Assembly: GCA_964016885.1 (NCBI GenBank)
Contig: OZ024753.1
Location: 38,006,001-38,070,000 of the forward strand
Reading direction: 5' to 3'
Length of the DNA stretch: 64,000 bases
From: Eledone cirrhosa
Lineage: Eukaryota
Of the stretch, positions 12,538 to 24,879 are shown one piece after another (the stretch's first letter is position 1; each line of letters begins with the position of its first letter). A program made the position numbers and the translations under genes. The notes beneath the pieces were generated by a model. It saw nothing but the letters and a program-made list of their open reading frames with translations. It had not been told where the DNA came from and made no database searches.

Positions 12538-13739
12538 GAGAATAAATTCCAAACCTGGAAGCAGGGACTAGAGAGAAAGGGCCTCAAAGTCAACATGACA
12601 AAGACTAAGGTCCTTATAAGTAGACGAGAAAACAGAACCCAGATCCCCTCAGGGAAATGGCCTTGCTCAGTATGTAGGAAAGGTGTAGGTAGGAACTCCA
12701 TTCTTTGCCCCAAATGCAAACAATGGGTACACAAGAGATGTAGCGGGATCTCAGGAAGCTTAATTAAGAATGTAGGATTCACATGCAGCAGCTGTGCTGA
12801 AACAGCAAGCAAACAGCCACAGGAAACAAGTACCACCAATCTCTGGGAGGGCCCTGTAGAAACAGTAGACAGCTTCTGCTACCTAGGTGACCGAATTAGC
12901 AACGGAGGTGGGTGCTCAGAAAGTACAATAACTAGGGTAAGAACGGGATGGAAGAAGTTTAGGGAACTACTACCACTGCTAGCTGCAAAAGGCTTCTCCC
13001 TCAGAATGAAAGGCAGACTGTATGATGCGTGTATCCGAACAGCGATGTTGCATGGTAGTGAGACCTGGGCGCTGAAGGTGGAAGACTTACGTAGATTAGA
13101 GAGAAACGAAGCCTGCATGCTCCGATGGATGTGTAACAGTAATATACGTGAACGACAAAGCATAAATGAATTGAGAGAGAGACTGAGCATAAGAGGAATC
13201 AAATGCTGCGTGCAGGAGAGGCGGTTACGCTGGTATGGACATGTGATGCGTATGAAGGATGACAGCTGCATAAAAAGGTGCAGAGCACTAGAAGTTGATG
13301 GAAACCGCGGAGTGGGGAGACCCAAGATGACTTGGGATGAGGTGATAAAAGCCGACCTTACCCAACTACACCTCTCAAAGTCAATGACACACGACCGTGA
13401 CTTCTGGCGTCACGCAGTAATACAGGGTACCCGACCTCCCATGGGTACATGCTGAAGCATATGGACAATATGCCCCCCCCCCCCCCCACCGCAAGGTGGT
13501 CGTGGAGGTGCCACGGCAAAAAAGCACCCAGCCCACACTGTAAAGTGGACGTGTAGGCGCCACGAAAAAGCACCCAGCACTCACTGTAAATGAGGTTGGT
13601 GTTAGGAAGGGCATCCAGCTGTAGAAATCAAGCCAGATCAGTTCCTGTATGAGCAAGGCATGGTCAGCCGACCAGACACTGCCCACAACAGGACAACCCG
13701 TCTAACCCATGCTAGCGTGGAAGAACGGACGTAAAACGG

Positions 13740-13770
<31 letters not shown>
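12538..13770 (+). mobile_element. 5'-truncated RTE-clade LINE: RT C-terminal region plus 3' UTR and (GAT)n tail
   Basis: Open frame to 13455 with GLKVNMTKTK, FCYLG, AMLHGSETW, RRLRWYGHVMR, GRPKMTW and DRDFWR. Embedded C4HC3 finger. Flanked on both sides by (TA)n. Confidence 0.95.
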
Positions 13771-13813
<43 letters not shown>

Positions 13814-13817
<4 letters not shown>

Positions 13818-13870
13818 AAGCTCTACTTTCGCAAGTATTGAGTACTTAGCTGAATATGGGCTAACTCCCA
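13814..13870 (+). mobile_element. 3' stub of a (TA)n-embedded Penelope-like element
   Basis: Carries the shared gctctac...gtattgagtac motif between TA tracts. Confidence 0.5.
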
Positions 13871-14237
13871 ATATATATACATACATACACTAATGTAAAT
13901 ATATTGATGCTACCACATGATGATAGCAATAAGTCAATTTATCTGAGGTAGTCCTATCTACAGTCAATGATACATAAATTAAATTCATTGTTTCAGTGTG
14001 GTAATTAATTATTTAATTTTGAGAGTGATGCCAACAGTAAGTATAGGCAGTGTACATCTAATATAGTAGACAGCAACAACAAAAGTGAGCATCCCATATA
14101 GTAGATACCAACAACAGCAACAAAAGTGTACATCTCATAGAGTAGACAACATCAGAAGTTAGCGTCTCGTACAGTAGACGACGACAACATCAGAAGTTAG
14201 CGCCTCGTACAGTAGACGACAACAGTTTGCAGCTCAT

Positions 14238-15235
14238 ACAGAAGACAACAGTGTATATCTAATACAGAAGACAACAGTGTATATCTAATACAGAAGACAA
14301 CAGTGTATATCTAATACAGTAGACAACAGTGTATATCTAATACAGAAGACAACAGTGTATATCTAATACAGAAGACAACAGTGTATATCTAATACAGAAG
14401 ACAACAGTGTATATCTAATACAGAAGACAACAGTGTATATCTAATACAGAAGACAACAGTGTATATCTAATACAGAAGACAACAGTGTATATCTAATACA
14501 GTAGACAACAGTGTATATCTAATACAGAAGACAACAGTGTATATCTAATACAGAAGACAACAGTGTATATCTAATACAGAAGACAACAGTGTATATCTAA
14601 TACAGAAGACAACAGTGTATATCTAATACAGAAGACAACAGTGTATATCTAATACAGAAGACAACAGTGTATATCTAATACAGAAGACAACAGTGTATAT
14701 CTAATACAGTAGACAACAGTGTATATCTAATACAGAAGACAACAGTGTATATCTAATACAGTAGACAACAGTATATATCTAATACAGAAGACAACAGTGT
14801 ATATCTAATACAGTAGACAACAGTGTATATCTAATACAGAAGACAACAGTGTATATCTAATACAGTAGACAACAGTGTATATCTAATACAGTAGACAACA
14901 GTGTATATCTAATACAGAAGACAGCAGTGTGTATCTAATACAGAAGACAACAGTGTATATCTAATACAGAAGACAACAGTGTATATCTAATACAGTAGAC
15001 AACAGTGTATATCTAATACAGAAGACAACAGTGTATATCTAATGCAGAAGACAACAGTGTATATCTAATACAGTAGACAACAGTGTATATCTAATACAGA
15101 AGACAACAGTGTATATCTAATACAGTAGACAACAGTGTATATCTAATACAGAAGACAACAGTGTATATTTAATACAGTAGACAACAGTGTATATCTAATA
15201 CAGAAGACAACAGTGTATATCTAATACAGTAGACA
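14238..15235. repeat. 26-bp minisatellite (acagaagacaacagtgtatatctaat), about 38 copies, with degenerate flanks 14040-15470
   Basis: Head-to-tail units with an A/T variant (cagAagac vs cagTagac). No spacers. Confidence 0.95.
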
Positions 15236-16163
15236 TCAACAACAAAAGTGAGCATCTCGTACAGACAACAGTGTATATCTAATACAGTAGACATCAACAA
15301 CAAAAGTGAGCATCTTTACAGACAATCTAATACAGTAGACATCAACAACAACAAAAGTGAGCATCTTTACAGACAACAGTGTATATCTAATACAGTAGAT
15401 ATCAACAACAAAAGTGAGCATCTCGTACAGACAACAGTGTTTATCTAATACAGTAGACAACAATAATAACTGTAATAATAAAAAGTCAGGATAAAAAAAC
15501 ATGAAAAACAATGTGAAATGAAGCATCTTGCTGAAGAACACAACGCAGTGCCCAGTCAAGAAATCAGATCGACGATCTTATGTCTATAAAGTCCAACACA
15601 CTAACCACTAAGTCGTGTGGCAGAAGAAATGAGAAGTGCGATGGTAGATTAAATAAGATTTAGTACGAAACAAACCACCTAAAACTTCCATTGGCTCTCT
15701 GATATAAAACTGTTTATATTTATCTATAGATTTTCATCATAATTTCATCTAAGAACCTTTATTAAGTTATGTTCCAAAGACTATTTTAATAATGAGGAAG
15801 TTAGTTATATTAATAAATCCTTCCAAATTTTGTTTATTTTCAAAATTATTTGAATATCATAAACAATGTCTTTCATTAGAAATAGGGTAAGAAAAGAGTT
15901 AACTGCAGATACTAATAAACTAATATATTAGTGCCTATGTAGGGAGATGGTATTTTGTTGACCCTTCACTGATCTCTCACATCTCATTACTGATTAAGTA
16001 GGTGTTGTAGCAATTCAGCTGATTTGGTAGACACAGCTAATTGGCAAGTACTCAGGTTCACAGTACACACACACTATCTGCCTCTTTCTCCCTAGCTGCC
16101 TTGTGTGAGAGAGAGAGAGAGCGAGAGAGAGAGTGTGAGTGTGTGTGTATATATATATATATA

Positions 16164-16392
16164 GGAAAAAGTTTAACCCCGACGGTAGAGCTTAAGCCAT
16201 TTCGGCGGCTATTTCTGGACTAAATTAGAATTTTTACCACGCTAAAAATTCTAATTTAGTCTAATCCAGAAATAGCCGTCGAAACGGCTTGAGCTCTGCC
16301 GTCGGGGTTAAACTTTTATCTATTACCCACTCTACTACCCTAAGTATTGAGTACTCTGGTGCGTTATGGTCCAATCTCACACTGCCTTCGTT
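16164..16392 (+). mobile_element. Palindromic Penelope-like or retrozyme-like insertion in (TA)n
   Basis: Inverted arms about 16167-16219 and 16265-16317. The right arm has a hammerhead 3' half, gtc GAAAC ggc..gcc GTC ggggtt. A 3' ctctac..gtattgagtac motif follows. Homolog at 35374-35586. Confidence 0.7.
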
Positions 16393-16420
16393 ATATATAT
16401 ATATATATATAAACTCATTT

Positions 16421-16508
16421 AAGCTTCTGAAGAAAAGTCACTAATTTGATCCCTCTTGTATTCTGGAGATGTGGTCAAATTTGGGCCTTGAAACCGTGGG
16501 TAGCGCTT
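16421..16508 (+). ncRNA. Type I hammerhead ribozyme-like motif with a long stem II
   Basis: aagctt CTGAAGA [aag..aatttgatc...ggtcaaatt..ctt] GAAAC cgtgg GTA gcgctt. Confidence 0.55.
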
Positions 16509-16844
16509 TTGTTCCATGTATGAATATAAACAAATAATATAATATTTCTGCTATCTTCCCGATTGAGCACAGTTTTCCTTTTTCATTTTCACATCTACAG
16601 ATATTGCTACATATACATAGTATATATATACATGATATAGCAAGCCATATATATATATGTATGTATGTATATATATATATATACATACATATACTTCCAT
16701 GAGTGTTTTCTAATTTCCGAGTGCAAAGCATCCACACACATGGGCGCATGATGTCAACATGAATGGACCTGTTATTTTTATCTAAAGACATTTTTTCCAA
16801 TTCCAACCCGCCCGTCCCCTCAATCTATCTTATTTCTCATTCTT

Positions 16845-16880
16845 TCTTCTGATGAAGGACTAGCGTCCGAAACGTTAAGA
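16845..16880 (+). ncRNA. Minimal type I hammerhead ribozyme motif of Penelope type
   Basis: tctt CTGATGA a ggac tagc gtcc GAAA CG TT aaga. Stems I and II are perfect and stem III is the palindromic AACGTT. Upstream DNA reads ECFLI/RVQSIHTHG across a frameshift, resembling a Penelope C-terminus. Confidence 0.75.
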
Positions 16881-17416
16881 CCCTCTTCCTGCTATATCAA
16901 GTGTTAACCTAATATATCCCTTCCATATACTGTACCGATTGTGTTGTTATTTCTGTTTACCTTTTACATACATGTGTGTGTGCGCGTATACATATGTACT
17001 TCCTCAACTAACCTCCTTGTAACATTTTCCTAAGCCGTAAGGGATAAACACACACCACCACCACCACCAACATCAACACAAAGTGGTATCTGTCGGACAA
17101 GCTGGTTAGTTAGGAATGATACCAAATGTGATACAGTGGTTTCATTGACGGTGGTAATGAATGAATCATCGCTATTTCAGTTTATCTTTTACCTTCACCC
17201 ACTAAATAATAATAATAATAATAATAATATATAAAATAAATAAAAGCTGCAAGTCAGTCAAAACAAGTTACATAGGAAGAGCATGTTAGATGCTGTTTAG
17301 AGAGTAAAAATGTTTTTATAATATGGTCAAGTCTTTTAGCAATTAAATAATTAGACTTGTGTTCTTAACCTGAAAAAACTTTGGTAATTGGATGTCGTGA
17401 TGGTGGTGGGGATATA

Positions 17417-17458
<42 letters not shown>

Positions 17459-18074
17459 AGGTTAAGAACACCAGGATAAAAAAGCACAAATTAAATGATG
17501 ATGAAGAAGATGATGGTGATGATGAATTATATAGTTTAGTGGAATAAGAAGTCTGAAAAACACGGTAAGATGCCACGGAGGGGCAGACAGACAGACAGAC
17601 AGTTTTGTGTTCAAAAATATATTCTGCCAAGATGTCAGACATCATCATCATCAATATTTTATGTCTGTTAACCAAATGTTGGCATGGATTGGGTTGGATA
17701 GGTCATCACATTCTGAGTGTAGACAGGTCATATAACAGTCTTGCTTATGCATTCCATTTTAGGCATGGGTTCTACAGAGTTCACTGGTTACATTTTATTG
17801 TGGCATAAAATACTGCCACCTTACAGAGTGCACTGGGTGCATTTTATTGTGGCATAAAATACTGCCACCTTACAGCATGTAGAGTGTACTGGGCGCATTT
17901 TATTGTGGCAGGATTTGAATTCAGAATGTAAAGGGATAATGCTGCAAAGCATGTTGTCCAACGCTCTACCGATTCTGCCAATCCACCACCCTACAACAAT
18001 AACAATAGTGTCAATTTAATCGACTTTCCCAACCCCCTAAATTTGTTGGTGTTGCACCTAAATCATTATTTTGA

Positions 18075-18258
18075 GGTGGATTGGCAGTATTGGTAGGTGA
18101 TCGGGTGCCATGCTTTGAAGCATAGAGTTACCTCCCTTTATGATCTGAGTTCAAATCCCGCCGAGGTTAACTTTGCCTTTCATCCTTACGAGGTCGATAA
18201 AATAAAGTACCAGTAATGCACTGGGTAATTGCTGGCCTGGTGCCAAAAGTAGAAACAA
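18075..18258 (+). mobile_element. SINE family B, TSD attattttgag
   Basis: Full-length copy with a direct repeat on both flanks. Confidence 0.9.
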
Positions 18259-19540
18259 TTATTTTGAGGTCAGTGGATTGGCAGTATCAGTAGACCATCA
18301 GACATGGTTTGTGGCAATCCTGCTCAGGTTAACTTTGTCTTTCATCCTTATGGGGTCTACAAAATAAAGAACCAGTAATGCACTGGGTTGATTTAACCAA
18401 CTTTCCCTTTCCCCTAAATTGTTGGCATTGTCTGTATCAGAAACTATTAATTATAAATAAAAACAAATACATTTGAAAAAAAAAACAACTTCCTCTTCCC
18501 ATCATTTCTACACAGGTTCAAATAAAAACAGGTGGTTATGGTTGTCAAGCCCCACCCCTCCCTCACTACAAACTGTCAATGACAAGCCACAACACCCTCC
18601 ATCCTACCCCACCCATCCACACCACACACATAAGACTATTAGTGTCAAGACATCAATTGTACAGATGTTTAATTCATCATGTTACCACCACATGTGGGAC
18701 TGAAAATTAAAGTTTGGGATTTAGTTCTCTTTTTCATATAGTTTTCTTAACCATTTCCATACCAACCCACCAGAAACTTTCTATTAATGTTAAATACAAG
18801 TACATATTGAGCAATATCTAAGAAAAACACTATTAAAGGGAACAGAAAAGAAAAGAAGGATCAAGCAATGTAAGAAAAGGAGGGACAGTCTCTACACCTC
18901 AGTCCAAGTGGTGCCTCAGCTGCACCCATCAGACAAAATGGCAAAAGTGCACCCGCTGCAAAAACCATACCACTTCACTGGGGCTCCCTCCTCAAGCGGG
19001 CCACCTTTATATTAAAAGACCTACATAGCTAAGACCATATTGAATAGGAATGAAAACAAGAGTGACATGAGCATAACACAAAAACAATAGGGAACCTTAA
19101 AAAGAAGTGGGGTTGTTGTAAATGGTTAGTCTCAAAAGGGGTTAAGGTGACATCAAATTTCTCCAGGGTCAGGACTTTGCCTTCTTTTCAAATAAGTATC
19201 AGTCAGTTAAGTACTGATAAAAATTTAACAATAACCTCTTTAAAATATTTGGTCTATGTCCCTTCCCCTGTTTCCCTCCAACATAGAAAACAGTTTATGA
19301 TACATACATTAGTCACTTCACTGCGTCAAATGACACTGTATCAAATGACACTACTCTGTGATACCTATTTACAACTATGTGACCAACATGGAGGAGGGAA
19401 CAATGACAGTTTAAATCTATATAGAGATTGTTCAGTGTCTTGGTCACAAGATATCATCAACCTCTCAAGCCACTTCTTGGTATATCTTATAACTATCTCA
19501 CTTGTTTTTTTTTATAGCTCACATTATTGGCATAAGCAAG

Positions 19541-19597
<57 letters not shown>

Positions 19598-19600
<3 letters not shown>

Positions 19601-19725
19601 TGTCCAATATAGAAATGGCTACTACAGGACTAGAACTGTTTCATTAAAAATTTAAAAAAATCTACTAAAGTATTGAACACCTTACTGTGGTTACCCCTGG
19701 TTGAACCCATGACTCATACACAATA
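19598..19725. mobile_element. Inverted, truncated copy of the ribozyme element family at 54.5 kb
   Basis: ctacaggactagaactgtttcatt joined to the 3' end tctactaaagtattgaacacc..ctgtggttacccc, between TA tracts. Confidence 0.65.
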
Positions 19726-19744
19726 CATACATATATATATATAT

Positions 19745-20220
19745 ATTGTTATACTTTGGGAGGGTCATGTTGCCAATAAGAAACACAAGCACCAGGTGCT
19801 TTCACTTCAATTTATTATATATTTATAAATTTCTGGTTGGTTGGTTGGTTCCACAACCAGATAGTTGTTTATATATAGTCAAAGTTCTTTCGTCACACAT
19901 TCTGTGACCTCTTCAGTGACTGGGGATTCCTTTCTTTGTTTCTGTGCCTCTCCTTTGTTCTGTCCTACGCCATTTTGTTTCTGTGTGTGTGTTGTGTGCT
20001 CAGTCTGCTCATGACTATATATAAACAACTATCTGGTTGTGGAACCAACCAACCAACCAGAAATTTATAAATTTGTAAATTTATAAATATATAATAAATT
20101 GAAGTGAAAGCAACTGGTGCGTGTGTTTCTTATTGGCAACATGACCCTCCCAAAGTATAACAATATCGGTTTCAACACACGATTTCAGATAAAGAATCTT
20201 GCTAAACAAATTCAGAAACG

Positions 20221-20224
<4 letters not shown>
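19745..20224. mobile_element. Penelope-like insertion with an inverted pseudo-LTR structure, in (TA)n
   Basis: 19745-19880 is the reverse complement of 20012-20166. Includes (CCAA)n. Homolog at 62297-62630. Confidence 0.8.
19878..19920 (-). ncRNA. Type I hammerhead ribozyme motif
   Basis: Minus strand: gtca CTGAAGA g gtcac agaatgt gtgac GAAAG aa CTT tgac. Confidence 0.75.
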
Positions 20225-20282
<58 letters not shown>

Positions 20283-21199
20283 TCACTTAACATCTATTTT
20301 CCATACTAGCACGGGTGATTATATATATAGTTCAAGATTAAAAAAGGACAAACACAGATACAATTGCAGTAAGTTGTATTAGTTTCACGATTGTTGAAAA
20401 AGAAGGAGAACAACTTTGACTCAACATATTGGATGTTAGTCCACCAGAAAACAGTAAAGTTAGGAAAGGGGGTTGTAAGGTTACAAAAGGTGGGGGTGGG
20501 GTTTACTGGATAGGTGAGGTGGATAGGAAAGAGGGGGTATATTTATATCTGCCAGTGGGTGTATAAACAAGAAAAACAATGTATCCAATATATATATATA
20601 GACTGTATTGAAAGTTGAGCCTATACTATCACTGATCAGTTTCCTTGTTCTTATCATGTGTGTGTATGTGCACACACACACATACATAGCTGCTGCCTTA
20701 TGTTTAGACTTGAGCTAGGTGTGTTATAATTTAAAAGCGATATAAAATTTACTCTCTCTCCTCCATATATATATATCATCATTGACAAGACAAACAGCAA
20801 TGCAAAAACACAAAGTCTTATTAGTTTCACGCTTATATATATATACACACACACACACATATGTAAGTGTGTAGACAGAGAGAAAGAGAGAGACCAATGT
20901 ATTGAATGGTTTTCAATTCAAACAGTGAAACTAAATAAATAGCCAAACCACGAAAACCAGTTTCCACAGAGGAACAATTGTTATATAAAAGTTATATTAG
21001 TATTAACGTTGTATTTGTATATTTGCCAGTCAATGGATTGTAGGTACTTTAGATTAGCTGCTTTGTTTGATTTAATTACAGAGCTTTCTGTTGATTCACA
21101 AATAAATTAACAAAAAAATCATTAATTAGGTCACAAATGATAGAGTGCATAGCTTAGAGATGAGATAGTCGTTTCAGGTGGAGCTGTTACTTCTTTGCA

Positions 21200-21290
21200 T
21201 TGTAGTCATGAATCTTGGGTAATGACCGAAAGAATATGGTTGTGAATACAAGTGGTTGGAATGGGGTTCCTTCGAAGATTTTTCTGAAAA
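21200..21290 (+). mobile_element. Degenerate RTE LINE fragment
   Basis: Reads SHESWVMTERI...MGFLRR across indels. Further RTE relics at about 44130-44205 and 45230-45390. Confidence 0.6.
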
Positions 21291-22534
21291 TGGATGTTGC
21301 ATGGTTGCTGTGGGACCTTCTTAGCTCTTGGGCCCCTGGAACAAAGAACCAGCTGGACACCCCTTCTCATAGGACCTGTCCAGCAAAGTCGTATTCATGA
21401 TGACTAAACTAAACTAAACATTGCAGACAGATATAGAGACATTAATGTCTTATGGGTCTAACAACAATGTTATACTTTCTTCTTCATCTTCCAAAATAAC
21501 TTCTAAACCAGAAGTACTTACTCTTGTGAAGATGTCACACTATTGAGGAAAGTGAATCATTCACAAGTTTATAACAATAGTAAATATAGAGAAGATCAAC
21601 AATGTTGATCTCACTTTTAATTCTTAACCTCCAGCTTCACCCTGGGTCAACTCGTGTGTGTGTGTTGCGTGCGTGCGTGCGTGTGTGTGTGTTGCGTGCG
21701 TGTGTGTGTGTTGCGTGCGTGTGTGTGTGTGTGTGTGTAGAATAATATGGGTTGTAAGTGTTTTATTGTCTTACAGCAGAGGATGAAAAGGATAATAATA
21801 ATGGTGGTGGCAGTGGCGAGGAGGAGGAGAAGTAAAGAAGAAAAAAGAAGGCAAAGAAGAACAACAACTTGACCAAGAAGTAATATTTTGGTTTAACAGT
21901 GTGGGCAGTGAGTACCCCCCCCACCACCACCACCACATACACACACAAACATAACAAAAGAAAAACAAGGGTGTTTGGTTTATGGCAGATAGAAGTAGGT
22001 GTTGAAGGTTTCTTTGAAGTACCAAAGTGAATAAGTTTGTGGCATGTATTTTTCTTATACAGGAAGTTGTCAAATCAAATTTAGATTCAGGCCTCCTAGT
22101 TCCTGTAGGTCTAAATTATATTAAAAACACTTAAGTACTCTAAAATAATATAGTGACAGGCTGTCAAAGAAGTTACAAAGTCAGATGTGCTATAAAACAG
22201 ATGCTATGTTGCTGCATATGACGGGTGCAGTCTAACAGCTCCACAACTAGTGAGGGGCAGCCAAGGAAGTTACAAAGTCAGATGCTATGTTGCTGCACAT
22301 GATGGGTGCACAACCACAAATAGTGCACCAGACCTCCATCATCGTTAATTCCAACTGACAAAAAGGGTCCCAGTTTCCACAACCATGAACAGCTTGCTCC
22401 TAAAATTTATGTGTAAGTGACTGAGCATTTTACAGACACATGTACCCCTTAGCATAATTCTCCCCCTCTCTGTCACACACACACTTATTCCCCCTCTGTC
22501 CCACACAACCTCCTCTCCCTCACCTCTCTCACAC

Positions 22535-22840
22535 ACACTTGGGGGCTCCCTATTATTAAAACACCCAACAAACCTCCCATGAGATACAACTCCCTAGAAG
22601 GCCAGCTAAACCTGTAAAAGGTGTGAGCTGTAACAACATGATAGGATTGGAATCCCCTATTATTAAAACACCCTAGAAACCTCCCATCAAATACAACCTT
22701 AGAGGAGACCAGCTAAATCTGCAAAAGGTGTGAGCTATAACTGGACCCCCACCACCACCACCATTAAAGCACTGAAGAAACCCCTCATGAGATACAATCT
22801 TGTAGGCCAGTTAAACCTGCAAATGTGTGAGCTGTAAATT
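22535..22840. repeat. About 105-bp degenerate tandem unit x3, a dispersed family
   Basis: attaaaacaccc..gagatacaac..ggccagctaaacctg..ggtgtgagct. Reverse-complement array at about 25940-26200, single units near 8680 and 30575. Confidence 0.8.
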
Positions 22841-24696
22841 TCATTCATTTTTTCTTCCAGTAATGTTACTAAAACTTCTGAAGAAAGCACAGAATCCTTA
22901 ATTTCTCCTCATTCATAAATATGAGGCTATGTAAGAGTGAAATAAGACTACCTCCCTCTCACACACATATGCACTCCTTCTCTTTCTCACACACCCTCTC
23001 TCTCTCTCACAATCCCTCTCACACATTCTCACAGTCCCCCTCTTTCTCACACTCACTCCCTCTCTCTTCAGGGAGTGTTTCCACATTGAGGAAGTCATAG
23101 GAAGAGGTGATACCAGTAATTACATCCACCCATTTTCTGACATTACCATCATTATTAGATTACATATTTAATAAAAATGGCAGGAGTGTTTCAAGTAGTT
23201 ATTAACTTCATCCCACACTTAAATTAAACCCTGCCAGGATCTTATTTACTTTTTTCTCGTCACTCCCAGGTCAATAAAATAAGTACAAATTGCTAAACTA
23301 GTACTAAAGAGATGAAGTCACATGCCAATCATTGTAATTGTTAACACATCTGCGCTAATAATGTATGAAAGCAATGCTATTGTTAATACATCTATGCCTG
23401 TGTGAGAAATCACAGCTATTGTTAACCAATGGCAGTGCCCCAGCATGGCCTAAACCAGTCTGCTAGAAACAGGTAAAAGGTAACATCTGTGCAAGTGTGA
23501 GAAAACATGGCTATTGTTAACAATGGCAGTGCCCCAGCATGGTCTCAGGTAAAGGAGTAATATATGTGCTAGTGTGAGAAAACATTTTTTTTTTTTGCTG
23601 TGTGTATCCCAGTTTTTGGAATAGGTACACCATACCCTTGTGTATCTAAGAAGTGACTAAAAGGGTTGGGGTCAGAAAAGGGCAGCTGGCTGTAAAACTG
23701 ACTTAAAACATCCTGTTAAACCCATGCCAGTATGGAAAACTGGACAGAAAAATGGTGATGACTGTGATGGTAATAATGATGGTGATGGTGATGATGGTGG
23801 TGGTGATAATAATGGTGGTGATGATAATAATGGTGGTGATGATAAGGGTGGTGATGATGATAGTGGCAACGGTTGTTAACATACCTGTGCTAATGCGAGA
23901 AATTAATGTTAACATACCTGTTGCTTCTAATAGCAGAAATGTTTTTTTTGGGGGGGGACTAGTCAGAGAGAAATATGTGACAAAGAATCCAATAGTAAAA
24001 TAGGGGTCAACTTATATCTGAGGTCAATATTTTGCTTATTTTCACCAACTTCAAATTCTATGTAAATGAGGTGCTAAAATATGATGTAGCGTGTGACAAA
24101 GGTGTTTCTTTGAATTACAAACAGTCTACCTAATGGGCTTCCAAACAGTTTCTGTCTACCCAAAGTGTGTGTGCACACATATAGCATTTATATGTGCGTG
24201 TGACAAAAGTATTAATGACATAAATGTATCATTATTAGCTTTAAGGCTGTATGTTTGTGTGTGTGTGTTTGTTCGTGTGTGCATGTGTGTGTGTGACTGA
24301 GTCAGTATCTAGCATTTATATCAGAAACCAATCTGGAAGGATATCTATTTCTATCTTAAAAACGATATCCCCCACCTGTACCCCACCACACACACACACA
24401 CATTCAGATGAACTGATAACTTATCCACACAAATACATGAACTCATACAAAAAAATTCATATGAACACACATATATACTCACAATGAAAGATTAGAATAA
24501 GCATACATATACTAAGACTAATAACTTACCTACACACACACACATGAACTGATTAGAAACTTCCCTCCCCCACACACAGAGAGGATGTGAAAGATTTGTT
24601 GAAGATAATCTGTTAAACCTAACATCAATGAAGGTTAGTTTGCTAGAGAAAAACAACAACACTTTTCAGAAGAGATACTCGCAATATTATTTTCAC

Positions 24697-24879
24697 GGCG
24701 GTGGATTGGCAGTATCGGTAGAGGGTCGGACGCCATGCTTTCCAGCATAGTTACGTCCCTTTACCATCTGAGTTCAAATCCCGCCGAGGTTGACTTTGCC
24801 TTTCATCCTTACGGGGTCGATAAAATAAAGTACCAGTAATGCACTGGTAATTGCTGGCCTTGTGCCTAAAGTAGAAACA
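24697..24879 (+). mobile_element. SINE family B, young copy, TSD attattttcac
   Basis: CpG-rich full-length copy with flanking direct repeats. Confidence 0.92.

Noticed and set aside
12879-13325. 148-aa minus-strand ORF
   Set aside because: It is the antisense shadow of the RTE reverse transcriptase ORF.
14238-15235. CRISPR-like appearance of the 26-, 27- and 31-bp arrays
   Set aside because: Units are head-to-tail with no unique spacers, there are no cas genes, and the context is eukaryotic.
20370-20450. Hammerhead on the minus strand (ctggtgg..gtgaaac)
   Set aside because: The core deviates at two positions and the stems do not close. At best a decayed relic.
21777-21907. Plus-strand segment with a good acceptor and a gtgagt donor
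   Set aside because: Low-complexity purine-rich sequence with stops in the frames examined and no partner exons identified.
23072-23106. Plus-strand exon-like ECFHIEEVIGRG resembling a kinase glycine-rich loop
   Set aside because: The donor is weak (gtgata), no other kinase exons were found, and the match is short enough to be chance.
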